Shown one piece after another: positions 9,474-19,768 of a stretch of 64,000 bases of DNA. Position numbers and translations under genes: made by a program. Numbering within the stretch: position 1 is the stretch's first letter; every line of letters begins with the position of its first letter. Source of the DNA: an uncultured Nitrospinota bacterium (GTDB taxonomy: Bacteria; Nitrospinota; Nitrospinia; Nitrospinales; JAJDAT01); assembly GCA_964570665.1 (NCBI GenBank), contig CAZMZH010000002.1, positions 365,642-429,641 on the forward strand, read 5' to 3'. Under the pieces are notes generated by a model. That model was not told where the DNA came from. It did not search any database and was given only the letters and a program-made list of their open reading frames with translations.

Positions 9474-10568
9474 TTAATTTTCCTTTTTACTTTTTTTCTT
9501 TTTTTCAGAAGTTTCTGATGGTTCCGAATGTTCCACTCCGGATACGGTAGGTTCTATAGTGCCATCATGGGATGGAATTGCTAATTTTTGACGAATAACG
9601 ATTTCTACCTCGTTTAAAATATCTTTGTTTTCTTTAAGGAAGTTTTTGGCGTTTTCCCTACCTTGGCCAATTCGAGTTTCTTTGTATGAGTACCAAGTGC
9701 CGCTTTTTTTGATCAAATCGTGAGCCACTCCAAGGTCTAAAATATCCCCTTCTTTTGAAATGCCTTTTCCATAAAGGATATCAAATTCGCAATCCCTGAA
9801 AGGTGGGGCAACTTTATTTTTGACAACCTTAACTCGCGTACGGTTCCCTATAACACTATCCCCATCTTTTAAGGCTGCAATACGGCGAATGTCTAACCGA
9901 ACAGAACAATAAAACTTTAGAGCGTTTCCGCCAGTTGTGGTTTCAGGGTTGCCAAACATGACGCCAATTTTCATTCTTATTTGGTTAATAAAAATAAGTG
10001 AGCAGCGCGATTTACTAACAACTCCGGTTAATTTTCTCATTGCTTGAGACATTAATCTAGCTTGTAGGCCCATATGGGAGTCTCCCATATCGCCGTCTAA
10101 TTCAGCTTTTGGAACTAAGGCGGCAACAGAATCTACAACGACTACATCTACAGCTCCGCTTCTCACTAAGACTTCGGCTATTTCAAGTGTTTGCTCTCCT
10201 GTATCTGGTTGAGATAGCAGCAAGTCGTCTAAATTAACCCCTAAATTTTGCGCATAGTGTGGATCTAATGCATGTTCGGCGTCGATAAAGGCCGCTACGC
10301 CGCCAGCTTTTTGGGCTTCGGCTATTACATGCAGCGTAAGACTGGTTTTCCCGGAAGATTCTGGGCCGAAAATCTCAGTGATTCTTCCTCGTGGAACTCC
10401 GCCAACACCTAGAGCTGAGTCTAAAGAAATAGACCCTGTGGAAATAACTTGGATCCCTTTTTGAGCTTCGGCTTGGCCTAATTTCATTATGGAGCCTTTA
10501 CCGAATTGCTTTTCAATTTGCATAAAAGCCATTTCCAAAGCTTTATTTTTATTTTCGTCCGCGGCCAC
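9474..10568 (-). CDS. recA: Recombinase RecA
   Basis: 364 aa with [23 protein letters not shown], Walker [13 protein letters not shown], and [33 protein letters not shown] start preceded by GGAGGT. Confidence 0.97.
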   Translation of the reverse strand: MAADENKNKALEMAFMQIEKQFGKGSIMKLGQAEAQKGIQVISTGSISLDSALGVGGVPRGRITEIFGPESSGKTSLTLHVIAEAQKAGGVAAFIDAEHALDPHYAQNLGVNLDDLLLSQPDTGEQTLEIAEVLVRSGAVDVVVVDSVAALVPKAELDGDMGDSHMGLQARLMSQAMRKLTGVVSKSRCSLIFINQIRMKIGVMFGNPETTTGGNALKFYCSVRLDIRRIAALKDGDSVIGNRTRVKVVKNKVAPPFRDCEFDILYGKGISKEGDILDLGVAHDLIKKSGTWYSYKETRIGQGRENAKNFLKENKDILNEVEIVIRQKLAIPSHDGTIEPTVSGVEHSEPSETSEKKKKSKKEN

Positions 10569-10912
10569 CTTTAACCTCCTATTTACAATCTATAATCCGA
10601 AATTAAGTTTATTTTTATGATAACAACCAAATAGTTTCTTGTATCCAGTATCTTTCGGGATAAATGCAATTTTAAAAAGTATAATTTCCGATACTTCAAT
10701 ATCGCCAAAACCGATCCAAAAATTCGAGACCGATTCTATAAAAAACTTCAAAGTTAAATGAGTATTTTCTGGTTTAACCCAAGAGGCGTTTAAGTTAAGC
10801 CTTTTGAATTGATCCTTTATTCTTCTCTTAACTCTTTAAAAATTTTTGATTGGAGTTAACAGAGAAAAAACCCGAAAGGTTTCCAATTAGAAAACTGAAA
10901 AGGAGCGTCGAC

Positions 10913-10930
10913 TTCCTTAAAATTAAGGAA
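10913..10930. repeat. Perfect inverted repeat TTCCTTAA-AA-TTAAGGAA in the recA/cheB intergenic region (function unknown)
   Basis: Read directly. 8-bp arms with a 2-nt spacer. Confidence 0.45.
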
Positions 10931-11271
10931 AATTTGAAAAACTACCGTTTTTGGAGCTGATTTCTATCGTTCTAATTTTTCTTAAAGAATAGAGTTTAAA
11001 TTTGAGATCTTTTAAGAAGTCTCATTCAAGTTATAGCCTTCGAAATGCTAAATGGCAAGGGAATTATGGTTCAATTTCGCACCTTAAGGGAATTAGAAAA
11101 AATTGGATTTTAAACATTAACATAAGAGTTCAAAATAAATGGTATTTCAAGGTGTTATCTGCTATTTTCATAAAATAAGGAAATATGAATGCGAAGAATC
11201 GAAGCCATTTTTATATAGTATGGGTTAATTTTTGTTTTATAAGCATTTAATGTCAATTAATTAGGTGATTG

Positions 11272-12294
11272 ATGTCTAGTTTAAAAGTTTTAATAGTAGA
11301 AGACAGTTTAATAGTTCAAGAGGTTTTAAAGGAATTATTTTCATCTGACCCAGATATTGAAGTGGTTGGGGTCGCTGGAAATGGCCAAGAAGGAGTTCAT
11401 CAAGCTGAAAAATATAAGCCAGACATTATTACACTTGATATTAATATGCCAATAATGAATGGGTTGGATGCTATTGAAGAAATAATGGGTAGTCAACCAG
11501 TTCCTATTTTAGTAATTTCCAGCTCAGAAGACGCTAAAACGGCATTTGATGCTTGTTCAAGAGGAGCGCTAGAAGTATTTCCTAAAAGTAAATTAGATAC
11601 TGCTACAGCGGATGTTTTAATACATAAAGTTAAATTGTTATCCAAAATAAAAGTTATTCGTCGGTTCAAGAAGAAAAAAAGCCGAATTGCTATTTCGGAT
11701 TTCAATGGATCCGAAGTAACTGTATCGAAATTTGAAAAAGTAGTGGCAATAGCTTGTTCAACGGGAGGTCCAAAGGCTCTTTCGGTAATTTTATCTGAAT
11801 TAAATTCTCATTATCCTTTTCCAATAGCGATTGCGCAACATATGGAAAATGGTTTTGGAGCTGGGTTTGCGTCTTGGTTGAACGACATTTCTACAAATCC
11901 TGTTAGCGAGGCTAAAGAGGGGGACTATTTAATGCCCGGAAAGATTTATATCTGTCCGCCTGAATCTAATATGCAAATATCGCCAGACGGTAAAATTAAT
12001 TTTCTTGGAGCCACTGGAACGTCTTCTTTCAGGCCATCCTGCGATATTTTGTTAGCGTCTTTAGCCTATTCATTTCGAGAAAAAAGTGTGGGATTGATAT
12101 TGTCTGGAATGGCAGATGATGGAGTCGCTGGAATAGAGAAAATTAAGATTAATGGGGGAACCACTATCGCCCAGGACGAAGAAAGTAGCGTTGTGTTTGG
12201 CATGAATTCCCGGGCCATAAATGCCGGAGTTATTGAAAAAATTTTACCATTAAATAAAATTGCAATACATCTTAATCAATTAGCGCAGAGTTAA
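11272..12294 (+). CDS. cheB: Chemotaxis response regulator protein-glutamate methylesterase CheB (REC + CheB_methylest)
   Basis: REC domain (VLIVEDS ... DIITLDINMP) followed by a methylesterase domain (VVAIACSTGGPKAL ... AQHM ... GMADDG). ATG at 11272; the track starts 3 nt earlier at a TTG. Confidence 0.9.
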   Translation: MSSLKVLIVEDSLIVQEVLKELFSSDPDIEVVGVAGNGQEGVHQAEKYKPDIITLDINMPIMNGLDAIEEIMGSQPVPILVISSSEDAKTAFDACSRGALEVFPKSKLDTATADVLIHKVKLLSKIKVIRRFKKKKSRIAISDFNGSEVTVSKFEKVVAIACSTGGPKALSVILSELNSHYPFPIAIAQHMENGFGAGFASWLNDISTNPVSEAKEGDYLMPGKIYICPPESNMQISPDGKINFLGATGTSSFRPSCDILLASLAYSFREKSVGLILSGMADDGVAGIEKIKINGGTTIAQDEESSVVFGMNSRAINAGVIEKILPLNKIAIHLNQLAQS

Positions 12295-12297
12295 TTA

Positions 12298-13788
12298 ATG
12301 GCTATTGACGTATCAAATCAAGCGATGGATATTTTGCCTTTTAGGCAACTTTTAATTGAAAAAGTTTCTAGAGGTTATAAAGAAGATACGTTTAACCAAT
12401 TGCCTTCAGCAATAATTCAACGAATGGAATTGACCCAGATTGATAGGTTAGCTGAATATTTTTTTCTTTTAAAAAATGACGAAGCTGAAATTACAAAGTT
12501 GGTAAATTTATTGACCGTCAATGAAACTTATTTTATGCGGGAGCGGGGACATTTTAATATTTTGACTAACCGTTTATTTCCAGAGTTTATCCAAAATAGA
12601 AAAAATGACGAAAAATTTAGAATACTAAGCGCAGGATGTTCGTCCGGAGAAGAATTATATTCGGCTTTAATTTCCTTAACGTTAAAATTTGGTAAAGAAA
12701 TACTAAAGATGATTCATGCGGAGGGAATTGATATTGATTCGGAAGTCTTAGAAAGGGCTAAAAAAGGGATTTATAATCAAAATTCATTCAGGAATGTTGA
12801 CTCGTACTTTATGGACGCTTTTTTTTCTGAGCATGAAAGTGGATACAGAATTGCCGACAACTTTATAAATTCAGCTTATTTTAATAAAGTAAATTTAGCG
12901 GATTCTAATCCTTCTTTTGATGGAAAGTGGAACGTGATTTTTTATCGCAATGTTTCGATCTATTTTGTTCCTGAAATCAGAAAAATAATATTTAAAAAAT
13001 TAGCAAATGCATTGAAAGAACCAGGATATTTATTTGCTGGAGTTGTTGAAACGAGCCATCATAATTTTGGTGTTTTAGCGCTTGAAGAGATTGACGATAA
13101 TTATTTATTCAATAATGTAAGTCCGGTTTATAAAGAAAATAAAATACGACCTGAGAGTCCTAAAAAAGCAAAAAGAAAACTGTCTCCCAAAAAAAAGACC
13201 TTAACATCTTTATCTAGCGCCCAAGAAACGAAGATTAAAATAGAAAAATCGACTAAAAAAACCGCTAAACAAGATTCTTACGAGGAACTTTTTCAAAAAA
13301 CCTTAGGGTTTGCGAAAAACGGACAAAGGCAAAAAGCTTTGGATAACATTGAGATTTTATTTTCTAAAGAGGTTCCTAATGTTAACGATTATTTATTACG
13401 GGCTAATATTTTAGTTAATTTAGAGAGGTTAGACGAAGCTTTTCAGGATTGTTTAAATGTTTTAGAGATTGAAGAATGGAATCGTCAAGCCTATCTGCTT
13501 TTAGGAATTATTTGTCGTTTGCAAAAAAATCTCTCCGAGGCAGTTAAGCGTTTTAAGGGAGCGATTTATATTGAATCGTCTTGTTGGTTGTCGCATTTTT
13601 ATCTTGCCGAAATATTTGTAGAAACGGAAAACTATAAGGACGCTAAAAGAGAATATTCTATATCGAAAAAATTGTTGTTAGAGTTGGGTAGCTCTGAGTG
13701 CGGTTTGATGTTATTCCCACTGTCCTTTAATCAGGAGCAGTTAGTGGATCATTGTCAGCGTAAATTAAGAGAATTGGAAAAGAACTAA
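12298..13788 (+). CDS. cheR: Chemotaxis protein methyltransferase CheR with C-terminal TPR domain
   Basis: NETYFMRE and SAM-binding ILSAGCSSGEELYS motifs. The C-terminal ~170 aa have a TPR-like helical repeat pattern. Starts 3 bp after cheB. Confidence 0.88.
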   Translation: MAIDVSNQAMDILPFRQLLIEKVSRGYKEDTFNQLPSAIIQRMELTQIDRLAEYFFLLKNDEAEITKLVNLLTVNETYFMRERGHFNILTNRLFPEFIQNRKNDEKFRILSAGCSSGEELYSALISLTLKFGKEILKMIHAEGIDIDSEVLERAKKGIYNQNSFRNVDSYFMDAFFSEHESGYRIADNFINSAYFNKVNLADSNPSFDGKWNVIFYRNVSIYFVPEIRKIIFKKLANALKEPGYLFAGVVETSHHNFGVLALEEIDDNYLFNNVSPVYKENKIRPESPKKAKRKLSPKKKTLTSLSSAQETKIKIEKSTKKTAKQDSYEELFQKTLGFAKNGQRQKALDNIEILFSKEVPNVNDYLLRANILVNLERLDEAFQDCLNVLEIEEWNRQAYLLLGIICRLQKNLSEAVKRFKGAIYIESSCWLSHFYLAEIFVETENYKDAKREYSISKKLLLELGSSECGLMLFPLSFNQEQLVDHCQRKLRELEKN

Positions 13789-13803
13789 AACTTTATTGCG
13801 ACT

Positions 13804-16155
13804 ATGGCTTTTGATAAGAAAAAATTTATTCACAAATTTGTCGATGAAGCTAACGATCATATAGATAAGTTGAACGACGGTTTAGTGAGTTTGGAATCTA
13901 ACCCAGGAGATCAAGAGACCGTAAGCGAAATTTTTCGATCGGCGCATACGATTAAAGGTTCTTCTAGAATTTTAGGATTAATATCCATCAGTGTGGTTGC
14001 GCATAAACTGGAAGATGCTCTTTCAGCTTTAAGAGATGGAAAGATTTCTCAAAGCAAAGCTTTATTTAATTTGTTTTTTAAAGCGGCCGATTTAATTTCA
14101 GAATTTGTTCAAAGAGTTTCCGAAGGAGAAGAAGTAGAAGACGATACGACTGAAATTTGCGAACGTTTAGAGAAAGCCGCTTCAGGCGAAATGGAAAGTG
14201 AACCCGCGCCTTCTCCATCTTTAGAAAAAGTAGCTGATAAAAAAGAGGACCCTCCCCATGAGGTAAAAGTAAAAGAACCGATTCATGAAGAAAAAACTCC
14301 AGTTGTAAAAAAAGAAGAAGAGCAAGTTTCTATAAAAAAAGAACAGCCTTCTCCGGATTTAGCCTCACCAAAAGATATTTCGGTCGCTTCTCCATCCCCT
14401 AAGCCGCAAGCTCAAAAGCCGTTAAAGAAACCTCGCGTTTCTGAAACAGTTCGAGTTAAAACAGAAAAGTTAGATGAAACTGTTAATTTGATGGGTGAAA
14501 TTGTTTCAAATCATATCCGCTTAAAGCAAAATTGGGTCGATATAAATGAAATAGGAAAAATTTCTAAGAAATATTTGGAAAATTTTTCAGGATTTACTTA
14601 TGAAGATGGAAAACTGAGTCCTGAAGATAGTCGGGACTTATTTGAACAATTCCAAGGTATTTATGGGAAATTAAGACAACTTTCGGTTTGGACTAAAGAT
14701 GTTCTAAACTTTCAGACTCTTTTGACGGATCAGTTGCGCGAAAAAGTCTTAAAAATGAGAATGTTGCCATTGTCTACCGTTTTAGACGCTTTTCCAAGGA
14801 TGGTTCGAGACATATCCTCTACATGCGGTAAAGAAGTTAATTTTTTAGTCGAAGGCGGCGAAACGGAATTAGATAAAAAAATTATCGAAAAAATTGGCGA
14901 CCCTCTACTGCATATGATCCGAAACAGTGTAGATCATGGTATTGAAGCTCCTGGCGATCGAATCAGGGATGGCAAACCTGAAGCTGGAACTATTAGATTA
15001 AAAGCTTCTTATGAAGGCGGTAATGTTTTGATTGAGCTCCGCGATGATGGTTCCGGAATTCCCTTAAAAAAGATCAAAGAAAAGGCCATCGCAAAAAAGT
15101 TGTTCGGGGAAGAAATGCTGAACAATATGACCGAAAATGAGATCGTTAATTTGATTTTTAGGCCTGGATTCAGCACTAGCGCTTCGGTTACGGATGTTTC
15201 TGGACGAGGTGTAGGAATGGATGTCGTTCGGGAAAATATTGTTATGAACTTAAAGGGATCGATTCAAGTTGAAACTGTGGAGGGAAAAGGAACTTGTTTT
15301 TTTATCCGGTTGCCATTAACTCTAGCAGTGATGCGCGTTCTGTTGATTTCCGTTTCAAAATATAAATTTGCTCTTCCTCTAGATTTTGTAAAAGAAATAG
15401 TCAAAGCAAATAAAGACCAGATAATTAAAGTTGTGGATAAAAGAGCGATTTCTTTAAGAGAAGAAATCATTCCCATTGTAAATTTAGATTTTGCGCTAGA
15501 TTTACCTGAAAAGAGTAAAGAAAATTCGGAAGAGCTTAATATCGTCCTTGTAGAGATGGGTAATGAATGCCTGGGATTAGTAGTCGATACAATTTTAAGC
15601 GAAGAGGATATGGAAATTAAGTCATTACCCAATCATATGAAAAGTAATGAAATCGTATCGGGAGTTACCTTATCTGGTAAAAACGAGGTTGTTTTGGCTT
15701 TGCACGTGCCCAAATTATTTTTTATAGCTAAAGATGAAAATCCCGAAAAATTAGCCCCTGATTCCAATCGCGAAATTATTGAAGAGCCAAAACGTAATAT
15801 ATTAGTTGTTGACGACTCCGAAAGCGCAAGAGAAGTACAAAAGAGTATTTTAGAGTCTTCTGGTTATAATGTTGCGATTGCGGTAGATGGCATGGATGGT
15901 TATAGGGTAGCGCAAGAAGAGCAATTTGATTTGGTGATATCCGATATTGAAATGCCGAGAATGAATGGATTTGATTTTATCAAAAAACTAAAAATGGAAG
16001 ATTCATATCGACATACGCCGGTCATTGTCGTCAGTTCTCGAAATGAGGAATTATATAAAAGAAAAGGAATGCAGGCTGGGGCGGATGCATTTATTGTGAA
16101 AGGTGGATTTGATCAGACTAGATTATTAAAAATGGTACAAAACTTGATACATTAA
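13804..16155 (+). CDS. cheA: Hybrid histidine kinase CheA with C-terminal receiver (Hpt - linker - dimerisation/HATPase - CheW-like - REC)
   Basis: Hpt motif FRSAHTIKGSS, N-box DPLLHMIRNSVDHGIE, G1 DDGSGI, G2 GRGVGMDVV. CheW-like segment, then REC (ILVVDDSES ... DLVISDIEMPRMNG ... FIVKG). A Pro/Glu/Lys-rich linker replaces a P2 domain. Confidence 0.92.
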   Translation: MAFDKKKFIHKFVDEANDHIDKLNDGLVSLESNPGDQETVSEIFRSAHTIKGSSRILGLISISVVAHKLEDALSALRDGKISQSKALFNLFFKAADLISEFVQRVSEGEEVEDDTTEICERLEKAASGEMESEPAPSPSLEKVADKKEDPPHEVKVKEPIHEEKTPVVKKEEEQVSIKKEQPSPDLASPKDISVASPSPKPQAQKPLKKPRVSETVRVKTEKLDETVNLMGEIVSNHIRLKQNWVDINEIGKISKKYLENFSGFTYEDGKLSPEDSRDLFEQFQGIYGKLRQLSVWTKDVLNFQTLLTDQLREKVLKMRMLPLSTVLDAFPRMVRDISSTCGKEVNFLVEGGETELDKKIIEKIGDPLLHMIRNSVDHGIEAPGDRIRDGKPEAGTIRLKASYEGGNVLIELRDDGSGIPLKKIKEKAIAKKLFGEEMLNNMTENEIVNLIFRPGFSTSASVTDVSGRGVGMDVVRENIVMNLKGSIQVETVEGKGTCFFIRLPLTLAVMRVLLISVSKYKFALPLDFVKEIVKANKDQIIKVVDKRAISLREEIIPIVNLDFALDLPEKSKENSEELNIVLVEMGNECLGLVVDTILSEEDMEIKSLPNHMKSNEIVSGVTLSGKNEVVLALHVPKLFFIAKDENPEKLAPDSNREIIEEPKRNILVVDDSESAREVQKSILESSGYNVAIAVDGMDGYRVAQEEQFDLVISDIEMPRMNGFDFIKKLKMEDSYRHTPVIVVSSRNEELYKRKGMQAGADAFIVKGGFDQTRLLKMVQNLIH

Positions 16156-16241
16156 TTTTTAGATATACCTGAGCCAAGATTGATAGCAAAAGCTTTGGCT
16201 TTTTTCAAAATTTGTAAAATAAGTTGGAAGGCGAAAAAGTA

Positions 16242-18491
16242 ATGGGTTCTACCACCATATTAATTGTAGACGACGACAGTTTTGTTCGCGAAATATTGGT
16301 TGATATATTGGAGTCCGAAGATTTTAAAACTGATACGGCGGAAAATGGTTTAGATGCGCTCAATAAATATAAGGAAAATGCTTCCAAAATAGATGTCATT
16401 GTTTCCGATATTAATATGCCCATTATGGGTGGAGTTGATTTGATTAAAGCGCTTCGTAACGATGTCAAATCTGAAGTTCCAGTTGTTGTTTTGTCTGGAA
16501 ATAACGAAGTTGCCATTGCTATTGACGCAATTAATAGTGGGGCCAGCGAATATATTTTGAAGGACGAGAACTTGCAAGAGACTATCGTTTTGGCCTTAAA
16601 CAAGGCTTTGGAAAACAAACGAATTGTAGATGAAAATCGAGCTTTAGTTCACAACATAACCCAAAAGAATGAAGAAATGGGCGGCATAATTCAGCGAATG
16701 AATGATTTGGGAACCGCTCTTTCTGCAGAGAAAAATTTTCAAAACTTAATGGAGATTATTATTTCCAACGCTCGCGAATTAACTCATGCGGATGCAGGTA
16801 CTTTATATTTAATTGAAGATGAGAAACTATCATTTAAAATAGTTCAAAACGATACTCTAAAAATCCATCTAGGAGGAAAATCCAGCGAAGAAATTAAGTT
16901 TCCTCCAGTTGAAATAAAGGAATCTAATGTTTCAGGCTATTCTGCTTTAAAAAAAGAAGTTGTAAATATTCCAGACGTCTATTCTTCAGAATTGTTCGAT
17001 TTTACCGGCCCTAAAAAATTTGATCAAACTTCTAACTATAGATCGAAATCGATGTTAGTTGTTCCCATGGTAAATCGGATGAATGACGTTGTTGGGGTGC
17101 TTCAATTGCTTAATTCTAAAGATCCTGACACAGGTGAAGTTGTTACATTTTCGGAAAGTTCTGAAGAATACATAAAGGCTTTAGGGTCTCAGGCTGCTGT
17201 AGCCGTAAATAATTTGTTGTTAGAAGCGAAAGCGGAAAAACTTTTTGAAGAGATCTTAAATATAAAAAATTACAATGAAAGCATTCTTGAAAGTCTCACT
17301 AATGGCGTTATAACTTTAGATGCGAATAACCAAATAATTAAATGTAATGCTGCAGTATTAAGAATTTTAGAAACTCAAGAAGATCAAATTGTTAATCAAT
17401 CGGCCCAGAAATTTTTTGCGCAAAATAACCGGTGGGTGTTGGATAATTTAAAGCGAGTTATTCAAATGGGATCCCCCGCCATAGTGATGGATACCGAGTT
17501 AATTTTTGATAATGATCGAGTGGTTCCTCTAAATCTTACTGCAGTTCCTTTGAAAAACGCGAAGTCGGAATTAATTGGATCCATGTTAGTTTTAGAAGAT
17601 ATTACTTCTGAAAAGCGCATGAAAGGAACCCTCGCCAGGTACATGGATAAAGATGTCGCTGAACAATTGATGGAAGGCGGAGAAGATATGCTCGGCGGTC
17701 AAAGCCAGGAAGCTTCGGTTTTGTTTTCCGATATCCGAAGTTTTACTACGCTTACCGAGAAATTAGGTCCAGCGGGAACGGTGGCAATGTTAAATGAATA
17801 TTTTACGGAGATGGTTGATTATATTTTTAAGTATAAGGGAATACTTGATAAATATATAGGAGACGCAATTTTAGCTGTTTTTGGAGTTCCTTTTACAAAT
17901 GAGCAAGATCCCGAAAATGCCGTAAATGCTGCCATTGGAATGGTGAAATCTCTGACGGAATTTAATGCGAAAAGAATTCTAGAGAATAAAGATCCTATTG
18001 ATATTGGTATTGGGGTTAATACGGATACTGTCTTGGCTGGAAATATTGGATCTGAAAAAAGGATGGATTATACCGTAATTGGCGATGGAGTTAACTTAGC
18101 TGCCAGATTAGAAGGGGCTACAAAGTCTTATGGGGCAAAGATTTTGATTAGCGAATCCACAAAAAATAAGTTAACCCAAGACCATATATACCGCGAAGTT
18201 GACAAATTAGTTGTTAAAGGAAAAACTAAACCCGTTAGTGTTTTTGAAGTTTTAGATTTTCATAACGAATCAACTTTTCCTAAAATGAAGGAATGTTTAG
18301 AAATATTTAACGAAGGATATCAATCTTATCTTAAGCGAAATTGGGACGAAGGCGTTATGTTCTTTGAAGAAGTATTGACGCTCAATCCAAATGATAAGCC
18401 GGCATCTTTATATGTTGAACGATTGCGCCTTTATAAAGAGAATCCGCCTGCGGATGATTGGGACGGTTCTTTCGTGATGACCACTAAATAA
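16242..18491 (+). CDS. Response regulator fused to GAF, PAS and a class III nucleotidyl (probably adenylyl) cyclase domain
   Basis: REC (ILIVDDDS ... VIVSDINMPIMGG ... YILKDE). GAF-like region (ARELTHADAGTLYL ... MLVVPM), then a PAS-like region. Cyclase core has ASVLFSDIRSFTTL, KYIGDAILAVFG and YTVIGDGVNLAARLEG, followed by a TPR-like tail. ATG at 16242 preceded by GGAAGG; the track starts at an upstream TTG. Confidence 0.85.
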   Translation: MGSTTILIVDDDSFVREILVDILESEDFKTDTAENGLDALNKYKENASKIDVIVSDINMPIMGGVDLIKALRNDVKSEVPVVVLSGNNEVAIAIDAINSGASEYILKDENLQETIVLALNKALENKRIVDENRALVHNITQKNEEMGGIIQRMNDLGTALSAEKNFQNLMEIIISNARELTHADAGTLYLIEDEKLSFKIVQNDTLKIHLGGKSSEEIKFPPVEIKESNVSGYSALKKEVVNIPDVYSSELFDFTGPKKFDQTSNYRSKSMLVVPMVNRMNDVVGVLQLLNSKDPDTGEVVTFSESSEEYIKALGSQAAVAVNNLLLEAKAEKLFEEILNIKNYNESILESLTNGVITLDANNQIIKCNAAVLRILETQEDQIVNQSAQKFFAQNNRWVLDNLKRVIQMGSPAIVMDTELIFDNDRVVPLNLTAVPLKNAKSELIGSMLVLEDITSEKRMKGTLARYMDKDVAEQLMEGGEDMLGGQSQEASVLFSDIRSFTTLTEKLGPAGTVAMLNEYFTEMVDYIFKYKGILDKYIGDAILAVFGVPFTNEQDPENAVNAAIGMVKSLTEFNAKRILENKDPIDIGIGVNTDTVLAGNIGSEKRMDYTVIGDGVNLAARLEGATKSYGAKILISESTKNKLTQDHIYREVDKLVVKGKTKPVSVFEVLDFHNESTFPKMKECLEIFNEGYQSYLKRNWDEGVMFFEEVLTLNPNDKPASLYVERLRLYKENPPADDWDGSFVMTTK

Positions 18492-18554
18492 TAATTTTGC
18501 GACAAAAGATAATTTCGATTATTCATATTAGTTTGAAAAGTATGGAGGATTGCT

Positions 18555-19115
18555 GTGGGCGAAGAAATTGAAAAAAGAAAAAGCGATCGAATACTTGAAG
18601 CGATAAAAAAACGTTTGGATGAAAAACAAACTATCCAAGTCGAAGAGAAAAAGGTTGAACTTGTCGTGTTTACATTAAACGACGCCTTTTATGCGTTTTA
18701 TGGACAAGACGTTAAAGAAATCCTTTCAGTATTAACCATTTATTTTGTTCCAGGCACTCCAAAATACATTTTGGGAATCGTTAATGTTCGCGGAGATATT
18801 CAATCGGTATTAAATATTAGGACATTTTTAAATATCCCAGAAAATGAGTTGGTTGAGGCAAAAGGAAGAATTGTAATTGCCGAGAAAAATGATGTGCGAT
18901 CTGGAGTTCTAGTAGATTCTGTTGTTGATGTTGTTGATGTGCCAGAAGAGTCTATTAAACAGGCAATTTCAACCTTGAACGAAGATATTCGATATTTTGT
19001 TGTCGGAGAGACAACCTACAAAGAACATAACGTAGTGTTATTGGATATTGGAAAGGTTTTTGAAAAAATATCTGAAGGTAAGATTGAATCATCAGTTGAA
19101 ACTCCAAGCAAATGA
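18555..19115 (+). CDS. cheW: Chemotaxis coupling protein CheW
   Basis: 186 aa with the CheW-like fold pattern (LVVFTLNDAFYAF ... ILGIVNVRGDIQSVLNIR ... VLVDSVVDVVDV). GTG start with GGAGG upstream. Confidence 0.85.
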   Translation: MGEEIEKRKSDRILEAIKKRLDEKQTIQVEEKKVELVVFTLNDAFYAFYGQDVKEILSVLTIYFVPGTPKYILGIVNVRGDIQSVLNIRTFLNIPENELVEAKGRIVIAEKNDVRSGVLVDSVVDVVDVPEESIKQAISTLNEDIRYFVVGETTYKEHNVVLLDIGKVFEKISEGKIESSVETPSK

Positions 19116-19603
19116 ACGAAACTGCAATCAAAGCAATTAAAGAAAATGATTTAGTTGCCGAAGACGAAATTCGCTTATTGATTTTTAAAATTATGGGCGT
19201 TTGTTTTGGCGCAGACATGGAACAAATTGAGGAGATGGTTGACTTTTCCCAGGCCCAACAAGAGGACTGGGATATTAGACATTTTACAGAAGCAATTTCT
19301 TTTAGAGATATTGAGGTTGAATACAAAAAGCCAAAAGTAGTATTGATAAAAGATAGCGATCAAGATGTTGGTATTGTTATTGATCAGCCTGAAAATATAG
19401 TGAATATTAATTTTCAATCGATAAGATTACTACCTCCTCTTTTAGAAAATCAGGATACTGTAGATGCAATATGGGCGGCTTTATTTTTGGGAGAAGATTT
19501 AATTTTACTAGTGGATTTTTATCGTCTTCAAGATTGCCTACCCGAGGTAGAAAATTTGGAGTCGTTGGAAAAAACTAAAGATCTTGAAATTGAGTCTAAG
19601 TAA
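19112..19603 (+). CDS. Divergent CheW-like coupling protein
   Basis: 163 aa with an ATGA overlap onto the preceding cheW. Weak but recognisable CheW pattern (LLIFKIMGVCFGADMEQIEEMV ... VGIVIDQPENIVNI). Confidence 0.65.
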   Translation: MNETAIKAIKENDLVAEDEIRLLIFKIMGVCFGADMEQIEEMVDFSQAQQEDWDIRHFTEAISFRDIEVEYKKPKVVLIKDSDQDVGIVIDQPENIVNINFQSIRLLPPLLENQDTVDAIWAALFLGEDLILLVDFYRLQDCLPEVENLESLEKTKDLEIESK

Positions 19604-19768
19604 ATTTAAATTGTATAAAAATTAAGAGGGAATTTTGACGACAACGCGCAAACTTTTTATAGCCTGTAGTATTACGGTTAAAAGCTTTGACCATATCCGT
19701 TTTAATAATATTTCACAGGCAGCAAGCAGTCGTTTGATTAATAACGAATTGGTCCGGGAGGACGTTAA

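Noticed and set aside
10569-10700. SOS/LexA box upstream of recA.
   Set aside because: I found no CTGT-N8-ACAG, GAAC-N4-GTTC or other known LexA-type palindrome by eye. The lineage-specific motif is unknown to me.
11185-11250. 21-codon mini-ORF (MNAKNRSHFYIVWVNFCFISI) with AAGGA upstream, just before cheB. Possible leader peptide.
   Set aside because: It is very short with no supporting conservation data. Many such frames occur by chance in a 700-bp spacer.
16172-16206. Terminator-like hairpin between cheA and the REC-cyclase gene (AGCCAA ... TTGGCT followed by TTTTT).
   Set aside because: It has only a 6-7 bp stem with a ~17-nt loop, which is too weak to call without an energy calculation. 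It could still be a mild attenuator.
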